Shown piece after piece: positions 27,359 through 37,085 of a stretch of DNA of 64,000 nucleotides; position 1 is the first letter of the stretch, and the number at the start of each line of letters is the position of its first letter. The notes under the pieces were generated by a model. That model made no database searches. It worked only from the letters and a program-made list of their open reading frames with translations, and had not been told where the DNA came from. The DNA comes from Clostridia bacterium. Lineage in GTDB: Bacteria; Bacillota; Clostridia; Monoglobales; Firm-18. The stretch spans positions 32,897 through 96,896 of the forward strand of contig JAZQIO010000028.1 in assembly GCA_045541135.1 (NCBI GenBank), given 5' to 3'. The position numbers were made by a program, and so were the translations under genes.

Positions 27359-27391
27359 GTAGTAATTAAGTAAAATACTACTTAAGAAAGG

Positions 27392-28645
27392 GTGAAGATA
27401 TTGTTTAGTTTTTTGTTAGAAGGTATTGTTAAATTTTTTGAAAGTACAGGTATATACAAAATAATATCCGCCGCATCTAATCCTGATGTTGTATTCAAAT
27501 TGGGAAGTGTTGATATTGGTACAATCGTTATGATTGGTATTGCTTGTCTTTTGGTTTATCTTGCAATAGGTAAGGGTTTTGAACCATTGCTTTTGCTACC
27601 TATCGCTTTTGGTATGTTGCTTGCAAATATGCCCGGTGCAAATTTGCTACATAATGAATTATTTGTTGGTGACGGTACAAATCCTAATTTTGTTGTTGAT
27701 TACGGAGAAGTACTGAAAAATGGCGGTCTTTTAGATTTACTTTATATGGGCGTTAAACTTGGTATTTATCCATCGCTTATTTTCCTGGGTATTGGTACAA
27801 TGACAGACTTCAGTCCGCTTATTGCTAATCCCAAAAGCTTAATGCTTGGTGCTGCTGCACAGCTTGGTGTATTCGTAGCTTTCCTTGGCGCTTTGGTACT
27901 TGGTTTCTCAATTTATCAGGGCTTTGCTATCGGTATTATCGGCGGTGCTGACGGTCCTACAGCTATTTTGGTTACTAAATATACTGCTCCGGAATTATTG
28001 CCGGCTATTGCAATTGCGGCATATTCATATATGGCTTTGATTCCTATTATTCAGCCACCGATTATGAAATTGCTCACTACTAAAAAAGAACGTTCTGTTG
28101 TTATGAAGACATTACGTCCTGTTTCAAGAATTGAAAAGCTATTGTTCCCTATTATTGTTACAATAGTTGTTGCTTTGATTGTTCCTGATGCCGTTCCTTT
28201 GGTAGGTATGCTTATGCTTGGTAACCTGTTTAAGGAAAGTGGTGTTGCTGACAGACTTTCTAAAACTGCCCAGAATGAACTTATGAACATTGTTACAATT
28301 TTCCTTGGTGTTACAGTTGGTGCTACAGCTTCTGCAAGTACATTCCTAAGACCACAAACTTTATATGTAATTGTACTTGGACTTGTTGCTTTCTCGATAA
28401 GTACGAGCGGTGGCTTACTTGCCGGTAAGGTTATGTATATTCTCACAAAAGGTAAGATTAATCCGCTTATCGGTTCTGCAGGTGTATCTGCTGTTCCTAT
28501 GGCTGCACGTGTTGCGCAGAATGTTGGTCAGAAGGAAGTTCCTACCAACTATCTTTTGATGCATGCTATGGGACCAAATGTTGCAGGTGTTATAGGTTCT
28601 GCGGTTGCGGCAGGTGTATTCCTGACATTCTTTAAGATTTTATAA
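27392..28645 (+). CDS. oadB: Na+-translocating decarboxylase beta subunit (OadB/MmdB/GcdB family)
   Basis: Polytopic membrane protein of about 410 aa with OAD_beta-like blocks (GADGPTAI, GSAGVSAVPMAARV). The start is uncertain: GTG 27392 or TTG 27401. Confidence 0.88.
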   Translation: MKILFSFLLEGIVKFFESTGIYKIISAASNPDVVFKLGSVDIGTIVMIGIACLLVYLAIGKGFEPLLLLPIAFGMLLANMPGANLLHNELFVGDGTNPNFVVDYGEVLKNGGLLDLLYMGVKLGIYPSLIFLGIGTMTDFSPLIANPKSLMLGAAAQLGVFVAFLGALVLGFSIYQGFAIGIIGGADGPTAILVTKYTAPELLPAIAIAAYSYMALIPIIQPPIMKLLTTKKERSVVMKTLRPVSRIEKLLFPIIVTIVVALIVPDAVPLVGMLMLGNLFKESGVADRLSKTAQNELMNIVTIFLGVTVGATASASTFLRPQTLYVIVLGLVAFSISTSGGLLAGKVMYILTKGKINPLIGSAGVSAVPMAARVAQNVGQKEVPTNYLLMHAMGPNVAGVIGSAVAAGVFLTFFKIL

Positions 28646-28660
28646 TTGGAGGTAAAAGTA

Positions 28661-30058
28661 ATGAGTAAAGTAAAAATTACCGAAACGGTTTTAAGAGATG
28701 CTCATCAGTCACTTATTGCAACTCGTATGACAACTGACGAAATGTTGCCGATGATTGAGATGCTTGACGATATAGGTTATAATGCTTTGGAAGCATGGGG
28801 CGGTGCTACATTTGATTCATGCTTAAGATTTTTAAATGAAGACCCGTGGGAAAGACTAAGAAAAATTAAAGCTAAGGCAAAGAAGACACCTTTGCAGATG
28901 CTATTCAGAGGTCAGAATATTTTGGGTTACAGACATTATGCTGATGATGTTGTAGAATATTTTGTACAGAAGTGTGTTGCTAATGGTATTGATATTATCA
29001 GAATTTTTGATGCACTTAACGACATTAGAAACCTTGAAACAGCTATTAATGCTACAAAGAAGGAAAAAGGTCATGTTCAGGCTACTTTGTCTTATACAAT
29101 CAGCCCTGTACACAATAATGAATCCTTTGTAAAATTAGCAAAAGATTTGGAAAATATGGGTGCTGATTCTATCTGTATTAAAGATATGGCAGGTCTTTTA
29201 ACACCATATGTTGCTTATGATTTGGTTAAGGACATCAAATCTTCTGTTAAAATTCCGATTGAACTTCACACACACTATACAAGCGGTGTTGCTTCAATGA
29301 CATACTTAAAAGCTATTGAAGCAGGTGTAGATATAGTTGACTGTGCATTGTCACCAATGGCTCTTGGTACATCACAGCCACCTACAGAACCGTTGGTAGC
29401 TACTTTAGCTGGTACTGAATACGATACAGGTCTTTCACTTGACAAATTGTCTGAAATTTCAGAATATGTTAAGACTTTAAGAGATAAATATATCTCAAGC
29501 GGTCTTTTGGATACAAAACTTTTGGGTGTTGACATTAACACACTTAAGTATCAGGTTCCCGGCGGTATGCTTTCAAATCTTGTTTCTCAGCTAAAACAGC
29601 AGGGTAAGGAAGATAAGCTTGACGATGTTTTGAGAGAAGTTCCTGAAGTCAGAAAAGATTTTGGTTATCCTCCACTTGTAACACCTTCAAGCCAGATTGT
29701 CGGTACACAGGCTGTCCTTAACGTTCTTATGGGCGAAAGATACAAGATGGTTACCAAAGAATCAAAGGCTATCGTTAAGGGCGAATACGGTTCAACAACA
29801 GTTCCGATTGATCCGGAATTTGTGAAGAAAATTATCGGTGATGAAGAACCTATCACTTGTCGTCCTGCAGATTTAATTAAACCTGAGCTTGATAAACTAC
29901 GTGCTGAAATTGCTGAATATATTGAACAAGATGAAGACGTACTTTCATATGCGTTGTTTGATCAGGTTGCAGTTAAATTCTTCAAAGAAAGACAGGCTGC
30001 AAAATATAAGTTGGATCCGAATTTGGCTGATACAAAGGCTAAAACTCATCCATTTTAA
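28661..30058 (+). CDS. oadA: Oxaloacetate decarboxylase alpha / transcarboxylase 5S-like carboxyltransferase, lacking a biotinyl domain
   Basis: KITETVLRDAHQSL (HMGL-like TIM barrel) plus the PYC_OADA region. It ends at 465 aa with no AMKM motif. The ATG at 28661 lies 7 nt after GGAGG. Confidence 0.88.
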   Translation: MSKVKITETVLRDAHQSLIATRMTTDEMLPMIEMLDDIGYNALEAWGGATFDSCLRFLNEDPWERLRKIKAKAKKTPLQMLFRGQNILGYRHYADDVVEYFVQKCVANGIDIIRIFDALNDIRNLETAINATKKEKGHVQATLSYTISPVHNNESFVKLAKDLENMGADSICIKDMAGLLTPYVAYDLVKDIKSSVKIPIELHTHYTSGVASMTYLKAIEAGVDIVDCALSPMALGTSQPPTEPLVATLAGTEYDTGLSLDKLSEISEYVKTLRDKYISSGLLDTKLLGVDINTLKYQVPGGMLSNLVSQLKQQGKEDKLDDVLREVPEVRKDFGYPPLVTPSSQIVGTQAVLNVLMGERYKMVTKESKAIVKGEYGSTTVPIDPEFVKKIIGDEEPITCRPADLIKPELDKLRAEIAEYIEQDEDVLSYALFDQVAVKFFKERQAAKYKLDPNLADTKAKTHPF

Positions 30059-30076
30059 TATTTGATTATCTAAAAT

Positions 30077-30114
30077 ACGGTGTAATGACTTTGGCGTTCG
30101 TTACACCGTTTTTT
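30077..30114 (+). terminator. Rho-independent terminator after the decarboxylase cluster
   Basis: ACGGTGTAA (30077-30085), a 15-nt loop, TTACACCGT (30101-30109), then TTTTT. Confidence 0.75.
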
Positions 30115-30130
30115 GAGGAGAGATTTATCC

Positions 30131-31000
30131 ATGAGTAATACTGCTAATTTGTTGGAAAAGATTGAAAAAGCCTATCCGAAATTCAGTAAAGGTCAAAAAA
30201 AGATTGCTAATTATATATTAAAAAATTATGAAAAGGCTGCATTTATGACAGCGGCTTCACTTAGTGAAAATACAGGTGTGAGTTGTTCTACGGTTGTACG
30301 CTTTGCGGTGGAACTTGGTTATGACGGATATCCCCAGCTTCAAAAGGCGTTGCATGAAATGGTAAGAACAAAGCTTACTGCTGTACAACGTATGGAAGTA
30401 ACGTCCAATCGTATGGGTGATAAGGATGTTTTGTCTACTATACTGAATTATGACATTTTAAAAATCAAGCAAACACTTGAAGAAATAGACAAAGAAGCAT
30501 TCGAAGAAGCTGTAAGCACAATTGTAAATGCAAAGAAAATTTATATTTTAGGTGTAAGAAGTTCTTCGTCACTTGCCGGTTTTTTAGGATTTTACCTCAA
30601 TATCATATTTGATAATGTCAGACTTATAAATACAACAAGTGCAAGTGAAATTTTCGAACAAATTATGAAAATTGATGAAGATGATGTTGTAATTGGTATT
30701 AGTTTTCCCCGTTACTCTGCAAGAACCTTAAAGGCAATACAATATGCCAAAAACCAAAATGCTAAGGTTGTTGCAATTACAGACAGTGAAACTTCACCAC
30801 TTACAAAATATGCAAACAATACTTTGATTGCAAGAAGTGATATTGCATCTTTTGTGGATTCTTTGGTTGCACCTCTTAGTGTTATCAATGCACTCATTGT
30901 GGCACTTGGTATGATAAAAAAAGAAAATGTATACGACAGTTTTAACAAGCTTGAAAAAATTTGGGATGAATACAATGTATATGAAAAGGTTGATAAATAA
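30131..31000 (+). CDS. MurR/RpiR-family transcriptional regulator (HTH + SIS domain)
   Basis: N-terminal HTH_6 (AASLSENTGVSCSTVVRFAVELGYDGY) and a C-terminal SIS domain. ATG at 30131 after GAGGAG. Confidence 0.88.
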   Translation: MSNTANLLEKIEKAYPKFSKGQKKIANYILKNYEKAAFMTAASLSENTGVSCSTVVRFAVELGYDGYPQLQKALHEMVRTKLTAVQRMEVTSNRMGDKDVLSTILNYDILKIKQTLEEIDKEAFEEAVSTIVNAKKIYILGVRSSSSLAGFLGFYLNIIFDNVRLINTTSASEIFEQIMKIDEDDVVIGISFPRYSARTLKAIQYAKNQNAKVVAITDSETSPLTKYANNTLIARSDIASFVDSLVAPLSVINALIVALGMIKKENVYDSFNKLEKIWDEYNVYEKVDK

Positions 31001-32223
31001 TGAAAACTGATGTGGTTGTTATAGGTGGAGGCCCTGCCGGTTTATTTAGTGCAGCCATTGCCGCAAAAAACGGCAACAAAGTAATATTGATAGACAAAAA
31101 TGATGTTCTTGCAAGGAAATTAAGGATTACCGGAAAAGGAAGATGCAATGTTACAAATTCTGCTGATATTTCTGATTTTATTGGTATGGTATGCTCTAAT
31201 CCTAACTTTATGTACAGTGCATTTTATTCATTTACAAATGAAGATTTAATTAACTTCTTTGAAAATGCAGGTGTACCTCTTAAAGAAGAAAGAGGAGGCA
31301 GAATTTTTCCTGTTTCTGATTCTGCAAAAGATATTGCAAATGCGTTAATTAAATATGCCAAAGATAATGGCGTTGTTTTTATTAAAGATGCTGTTACAAA
31401 AGTTATGCAGGAAAATAACAGTATATGTGGTGTTTTAACCAAAACAGCTAAAAAAATTGATTGTAGCAGAGTTATTGTTGCAACCGGTGGTGCTTCATAT
31501 CCTCTTACAGGTTCAACCGGTGACGGTTATAAATTTGCAAAAGAACTTGGTCACACTGTTGTTACACCATATCCTTCTTTGATTCCTTTAGTGATACAGG
31601 AAGATTATGTAAAAGATTTACAGGGATTGTCACTAAAAAATGTTGCTGTAAAAGTAACCAAAGGGACAAAATGTGTATATGAAGACTTCGGTGAAATGAT
31701 TTTTACACACTACGGTTTATCCGGACCGGTTATTTTAAGTGCAAGTTCCAATTTGAAAAATATAGAAAACAGTGGGTATAAAATTTCCATTGATTTAAAA
31801 CCTGCACTTACATTTGAGCAGTTGGATAAAAGAATTCAGCGTGATTTTGAAAAAAATATAAATAAAAACTTTTCAAATTCACTTGATGAGCTTTTACCGA
31901 GCAAAATGATTGATACAATAATTAAACTTAGTGGGATAGACCCATACATTAAAGTGCATCAGATTAACAAGCAACAACGTACAGAACTTTGTAATTTGCT
32001 TAAGAATTTCACGTTAACCGTAACCGGGGTACGTCCAATTGAAGAAGCAATCATTACTCGCGGAGGAATCAGCACAAAAGAAATAAATCCATCTACAATG
32101 GAATCTAAAATAATCGAAGGTTTGTTTTTTTGCGGAGAAGTAATAGATGTAGATGCATACACGGGAGGCTTTAATTTACAAATAGCCTTCAGTACTGCCT
32201 ATCTTGCAGGTTCAAACGTATAA
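31000..32223 (+). CDS. HI0933/YhiN (BaiN-like) family FAD-dependent oxidoreductase
   Basis: DVVVIGGGPAGL dinucleotide fold, ITGKGRCNVTN and FCGEVIDVDAYTGGFNLQ are characteristic family blocks. Confidence 0.88.
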   Translation: MKTDVVVIGGGPAGLFSAAIAAKNGNKVILIDKNDVLARKLRITGKGRCNVTNSADISDFIGMVCSNPNFMYSAFYSFTNEDLINFFENAGVPLKEERGGRIFPVSDSAKDIANALIKYAKDNGVVFIKDAVTKVMQENNSICGVLTKTAKKIDCSRVIVATGGASYPLTGSTGDGYKFAKELGHTVVTPYPSLIPLVIQEDYVKDLQGLSLKNVAVKVTKGTKCVYEDFGEMIFTHYGLSGPVILSASSNLKNIENSGYKISIDLKPALTFEQLDKRIQRDFEKNINKNFSNSLDELLPSKMIDTIIKLSGIDPYIKVHQINKQQRTELCNLLKNFTLTVTGVRPIEEAIITRGGISTKEINPSTMESKIIEGLFFCGEVIDVDAYTGGFNLQIAFSTAYLAGSNV

Positions 32224-32262
32224 AATAATTTTTTTAAAATATGCTAATATCGGGGTGATATT

Positions 32263-32685
32263 ATGCGTAAAATTAAAATTTTTATTTCTTTACTGTTTGT
32301 ATTTGCATTTTTTGTTATGGTTATATCACAGATATTTTTAAAAAATGATTTTTTTAAAAATAAGCTTTCTGTATTGTATGAAATGGAATCCATGTATGTA
32401 TATTCCGAAAAAATGGAAAGTTGCGGATATGTTGTTATTGAAATATCTGCTCCGTCGGAAAATTTGTTTTTAATGCAAAACGGAGAAAAAATATTGAATT
32501 TGTCAAAAAAACAAGTAAAAATAAACGTTCAGGACAATTCTGTAATAGAAGTAGATGGACGCAAAAACGACGCGATTTGTAAAATAAAAATTACTGAAAT
32601 ATCGGATAATACAGAGGGTTTTTACGAAAAAGAAATTGAAGTAAAATCAAATATCGTAATTTTGGGCAGATTTTTTGTAAAATAG
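32263..32685 (+). CDS. Hypothetical membrane-anchored protein
   Basis: 140 aa with an N-terminal TM helix (IFISLLFVFAFFVMVISQIFL). I recognise no domain. Confidence 0.5.
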   Translation: MRKIKIFISLLFVFAFFVMVISQIFLKNDFFKNKLSVLYEMESMYVYSEKMESCGYVVIEISAPSENLFLMQNGEKILNLSKKQVKINVQDNSVIEVDGRKNDAICKIKITEISDNTEGFYEKEIEVKSNIVILGRFFVK

Positions 32686-32746
32686 TATTGTTAAATATTT
32701 GAAAATGTAGTATAATATTGTACAGTAATTGTTAGTAGGTGATTGA

Positions 32747-33430
32747 GTGAAGTATATTTCAATTGCAATTGATGGTCCTGCAGGTGCGGGAAAAAGCTCT
32801 ATTTCAAAAGAGCTGGCAAAAAAATTGAATTTTATATATGTTGATACCGGTGCAATCTACCGCTCCTTGGCATATATATCTTTAAAAAATAATTTAAATA
32901 CAAAAACTGATGTTGAAAAAATATCCGATTTAGCGAATAATTGTAAGATCGATTTAAAATATATAAACAACGTTCAACATATATTTGTTGATGGCTGTGA
33001 TGTTACCGAATTTATCAGAACACCTGAGGTTTCAAAAGGTGCATCCGATGTTTCGTCAATTCCGAAAGTTCGAGAAGCTTTGTTATCAATTCAAAGAGAC
33101 ATTGCGGATAATAATAATGTACTTATGGATGGAAGGGATATCGGAACTGTTGTTTTGCCTCGGGCAACCGTCAAAATTTTCCTTACAGCATCAATTGACG
33201 AACGTTCTAAGAGAAGATACAAGGAAATGCTTGAAAAAGGTGTAGAGTGCAATTTTGAAGATATTAAAGCAGATATTGCATACAGAGATAATCAGGATTC
33301 AAACAGATCCGTTGCTCCATTAAAGCCGGCTGAGGATTCTGTTATATTTGATAACAGCAATTATAATTTTGAAGAATCTGTTGATTTTTTGTACAAACTT
33401 ATAAAGGAGAAAGTTCAAGTTGTTATATAG
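32747..33430 (+). CDS. cmk: Cytidylate kinase
   Basis: IAIDGPAGAGKSS P-loop, then VDTGAIYR. GTG start. Confidence 0.95.
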   Translation: MKYISIAIDGPAGAGKSSISKELAKKLNFIYVDTGAIYRSLAYISLKNNLNTKTDVEKISDLANNCKIDLKYINNVQHIFVDGCDVTEFIRTPEVSKGASDVSSIPKVREALLSIQRDIADNNNVLMDGRDIGTVVLPRATVKIFLTASIDERSKRRYKEMLEKGVECNFEDIKADIAYRDNQDSNRSVAPLKPAEDSVIFDNSNYNFEESVDFLYKLIKEKVQVVI

Positions 33431-34043
33431 CATATCGGCCTTTTTGGTAAAGTTATATTATAAAATTATATATTTTGCAAAAGTTGAAGGAATTGAAAAT
33501 GTTCCAAAATCCGGCGGAATGATAATGTGCGGTAATCATAGCTCATTTAACGACCCAATTATTATTGCAGCCTTTTCTCCTAAAAGATTGAAATTTCTTG
33601 CTAAGGCAGAATTATTCAAAAACAAATTGTTTGCATGGTTTCTACGTAGTTTGGGATGTGTTCCGGTAGACCGTAGCGGCGGTGACCTGAAAGCAATGAG
33701 AACGTGTATAAAAATTCTTAAAGAAGATAATCCTCTTTTGCTTTTTCCGGAAGGAACAAGAAGCTGTATACATATAGATGATGTTAAACCCGGAGCTTTA
33801 CTTTTTGCGACTAAAGCAGAAGTTCCTATTATTCCTGTCGGAGTAAGCAACCTGAAGCCATTCAGACGTGCAAAAGTGACATTTGGCAAACCTATATTCT
33901 ATAGTGATTACTATGGTAAAAAGATTTCAAGCGAAGAATATAAAAAACTCACAAATGCTCTTATGTACGAAATTTACAACCTTGTTGATAATAAATGTTG
34001 CTATTACGATGAAATAAAAGCGAGTGTTGAAAATGAAAATTAA
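33420..34043 (+). CDS. plsC: 1-acyl-sn-glycerol-3-phosphate acyltransferase
   Basis: Acyltransferase motifs NHSSFND (HX4D) and FPEGTRS. Confidence 0.9.
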   Translation: MLYSISAFLVKLYYKIIYFAKVEGIENVPKSGGMIMCGNHSSFNDPIIIAAFSPKRLKFLAKAELFKNKLFAWFLRSLGCVPVDRSGGDLKAMRTCIKILKEDNPLLLFPEGTRSCIHIDDVKPGALLFATKAEVPIIPVGVSNLKPFRRAKVTFGKPIFYSDYYGKKISSEEYKKLTNALMYEIYNLVDNKCCYYDEIKASVENEN

Positions 34044-36009
34044 TCTTGCTAAATATGCCGGCTTTTGTTTCGGTGTGAAAAGAGCTATGGATATTGTTAT
34101 TGAAACTGCTGAAAAAAGCAGTGGAAAAATATACACCTTAGGTCCTCTTATTCACAACGAGCAGGTTGTTAAGTATTTGGAAAACAAGAATGTCTATGCA
34201 ATCGATTCAATTGATGAAATTCCTGATAATAGCAATGTTATAATAAGAACTCACGGAGTACCAAAACTTTATTACGAGAAATTAGAACAAAAAAACTGTA
34301 AGTTTATTGATGTTACATGTCCTTTTGTGAAAAAAATCCATAATATTGTTCACAAAAATCACATTGAAGGAAAACAGATAATAATTGTCGGAGATGCTAA
34401 TCATCCGGAGGTTATCGGTATAAACGGATGGTGTGATAATTCAGCACATATAATATCATGCGTGGAAGATTTTGGTAAAATTAACATAGAAAAACCTATT
34501 TGTATGGTAGTTCAGACTACTTTTTCACTAAAAGTTTGGAATAAAATAAAGAAATTTGTAAAAACATCTTGCCAAACAGTACAAATATTTGATACAATAT
34601 GTAGTGCGACGGAAGATAGACAGGACGAAGCTGAAAAAATGGCGGCTTCTGTTGATACTGTTATTGTTATTGGTGGCAAACACAGCTCCAATACAAAAAA
34701 ATTAGTTGATATTTGTAAAAGCCATTGTGCTGATACGTATCATATAGAAACGGTTTCCGAGTTACCTAATGAGACTTGGAATAACCGTAACATCGGTGTT
34801 ACGGCAGGAGCTTCAACACCGGAATGGATAATTAAGGAGGTCATTAGTAAAATGTCAGAAGAAAAAGTAATGGAAGTAACAGACGAAATCAGCTTTGCTG
34901 AAGAATTGGAGAAATCATTGGTTAGCCTAAAAACAGGCGACATCGTAAAAGGTGTTGTTATAGGCATCACACCAACTGAGGTTTATGTGGACCTTGGTTC
35001 AAAGGCTGATGGTATTATACCGGTTGGAGAGCTTACAGAGGATCCGTCTGTTTCACCTGAAGATATAGTAAAGGTGGGCGATGAAATCGACGTATTCGTT
35101 GTTAGAGTAAACGATGTCGAAGGTACAATCAAGCTTTCTAAAAAGAAGCTTGACATTATTGCAGGTCAGAAGAAATTTGAAGCTGCAGTTGAAACAAAGG
35201 AAATTCTTGAAGGTAAAGTTGTAGAAGCTGTTAACGGTGGTATTATCGTTATTTCTAACGGCACAAGAGTATTTGTTCCTGCAAGACAGGCTGCTTCTAA
35301 ATTTGTTCAGGATTTGGAAACATTAGTTGGTACAACAGTTCAGTTCAGACTTATTGATTTTAATCCAAGAAGAAGAAAAATCGTTGGCTCAATCAAGTCA
35401 GTTACAGATGAAATTGCTGCAAAGGCTCTTGATGAATTCTGGGCATCTGCTGAAGTTGGTAAGGAATACACAGGTACAGTTAAATCACTAACAAATTTTG
35501 GTGCTTTCGTAGATATCGGCGGCGTTGACGGTTTGGTTCACATTTCCGAACTTTCGTGGGGCAGAGTTAAACACCCATCAGATGTTTTGAAGGTTGGAGA
35601 TACAGTTAAGGTTTACATCCTTGCTCTTGATAAAGAAAAGAACAAGATATCTCTTGGTTATAAGAGAGCTGAAGACAATCCTTGGGAGATTATCAAAACA
35701 AAGATTGCTCTTGATGATGTTATTAAAGTTAAAATTGTAAGAATTGTTTCCTTCGGTGCATTTGCTGAAATCATTCCTAACGTTGATGGTTTGATTCACA
35801 TTTCACAGATTGCTAACAAGCACATCGATACAGTTTCAAGTGTACTTAAAGTTGGCGACGAAGTTGATGTAAAGGTTACTGAATTTGACGTTGAAAATAA
35901 GAAAATCAGCCTTAGCATGAGAGCTTTGTTGGAACCTGAAAAGGTTGAAGAACCAACAGAAGAACCTGCTGCTGAAGAAGCTGTTGAAGAAACTCCAACA
36001 GAGGAATAA
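34033..36009 (+). CDS. ispH: Bifunctional fusion: 4-hydroxy-3-methylbut-2-enyl diphosphate reductase (IspH/LytB) + ribosomal protein S1-like (four S1 domains)
   Basis: The N-terminal 275 aa carry IspH Cys motifs (YAGFCFGVKRA, DVTCPFV, DTICSAT). The C-terminal 380 aa carry four S1 repeats (e.g. GTVKSLTNFGAFVDIGGVDGLVHISE). The ATG at 34033 (MKINLAKYAGFC) is preferred over the ORF-track GTG at 34024. Confidence 0.92.
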   Translation: MKINLAKYAGFCFGVKRAMDIVIETAEKSSGKIYTLGPLIHNEQVVKYLENKNVYAIDSIDEIPDNSNVIIRTHGVPKLYYEKLEQKNCKFIDVTCPFVKKIHNIVHKNHIEGKQIIIVGDANHPEVIGINGWCDNSAHIISCVEDFGKINIEKPICMVVQTTFSLKVWNKIKKFVKTSCQTVQIFDTICSATEDRQDEAEKMAASVDTVIVIGGKHSSNTKKLVDICKSHCADTYHIETVSELPNETWNNRNIGVTAGASTPEWIIKEVISKMSEEKVMEVTDEISFAEELEKSLVSLKTGDIVKGVVIGITPTEVYVDLGSKADGIIPVGELTEDPSVSPEDIVKVGDEIDVFVVRVNDVEGTIKLSKKKLDIIAGQKKFEAAVETKEILEGKVVEAVNGGIIVISNGTRVFVPARQAASKFVQDLETLVGTTVQFRLIDFNPRRRKIVGSIKSVTDEIAAKALDEFWASAEVGKEYTGTVKSLTNFGAFVDIGGVDGLVHISELSWGRVKHPSDVLKVGDTVKVYILALDKEKNKISLGYKRAEDNPWEIIKTKIALDDVIKVKIVRIVSFGAFAEIIPNVDGLIHISQIANKHIDTVSSVLKVGDEVDVKVTEFDVENKKISLSMRALLEPEKVEEPTEEPAAEEAVEETPTEE

Positions 36010-36019
36010 TTTTGTTCTT

Positions 36020-36054
36020 AAAGCACCTATAATACTATAGGTGCTTTAAATTTT
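36020..36054 (+). terminator. Rho-independent terminator after ispH/S1
   Basis: AAAGCACCTATA (36020-36031), loop ATAC, TATAGGTGCTTT (36036-36047), then AAATTTT. Confidence 0.7.
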
Positions 36055-36074
36055 ATAATGCGAGGGTTTTGTTT

Positions 36075-37085
36075 ATGGAAAATCTAATTGAAATGTGTTC
36101 ATTAAATTCTGTTTCGGGAAATGAATTTAAAATGTCAGAATTTATGAAACAATGTACAGAATCTTTTTGTGATGATGTAATAACAGATAGTCTGGGAAAT
36201 GTTATTGCAAATATAAACAATAATTCCGATGTTACTGTTGCATTAGAAGCTCATATAGATAATATCGGTTTAGTTGTAAAAGAAATTGATGATAAGGGAT
36301 TTATAAAATTTGTATGTTCAGGCGGTGTGGACTCGAGTATACTTCCTACGGCAGAAGTCGTTGTACATGGTAAAAAAGACTTGTTTGGAATAATTGGTGC
36401 AAAACCACCGCATCTTCAGACTAAAGACGATGTTGGCAAAAAAAATGGTGTGGAAGATATGTACATTGATTGCGGATATGACTTTAAAAAAATAACAGAA
36501 TATGTTGCAATTGGTGATACAATAACACTTTTATCGAAATATGACGATTTAAAAGGCGATTTTTTAACTTCTGGTTCGTTAGATAACAGAATTGGCTGTT
36601 ATATTGTAACAGAGTGCTTAAAACGTCTTAAAACGCAAAAATTGAGCTATAATTTGTGTGGTGTGTATTCTGTTCAGGAGGAAGTAGGTTGCAGAGGGGC
36701 AAAAAAAGCCGTTTCTGTGGCAAAACCTGATATTGCAATAATTGTAGATGTTACATTTGGAATATCACCTTATACAGACGACGAACACGGTTTTTTGGTT
36801 GGTGATGGAATTACCATAGCAGTAGGACCAAACCTTGACAGAAAACTTACAAATAAATTTATGGAATCATGTGATATAAATAATATACCATACAAAAAAG
36901 AGGTTTGCAGTGATCATACGGGTACTGATGCATGGCCCATACAGATTGCTTGTGAAGGTATACGGTGCATTTTGATATCTGCACCAATAAAATATATGCA
37001 TACTACTGTTGAGATTGCAAATAAAAAAGACATCAATACCGCAATTAATGCAATATGTTTAGCATTGGAAGGAGGTATCTTATAA
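36075..37085 (+). CDS. M42-family metallo-aminopeptidase (TET/FrvX/CelM-like), paralogue 1
   Basis: Metal and catalytic blocks are intact: EAHIDNIG, SLDNRIGC, VQEEVGCRGA, IIVDVT, KYMHT. The ATG at 36075 lies 8 nt after GAGGG. Confidence 0.88.
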   Translation: MENLIEMCSLNSVSGNEFKMSEFMKQCTESFCDDVITDSLGNVIANINNNSDVTVALEAHIDNIGLVVKEIDDKGFIKFVCSGGVDSSILPTAEVVVHGKKDLFGIIGAKPPHLQTKDDVGKKNGVEDMYIDCGYDFKKITEYVAIGDTITLLSKYDDLKGDFLTSGSLDNRIGCYIVTECLKRLKTQKLSYNLCGVYSVQEEVGCRGAKKAVSVAKPDIAIIVDVTFGISPYTDDEHGFLVGDGITIAVGPNLDRKLTNKFMESCDINNIPYKKEVCSDHTGTDAWPIQIACEGIRCILISAPIKYMHTTVEIANKKDINTAINAICLALEGGIL

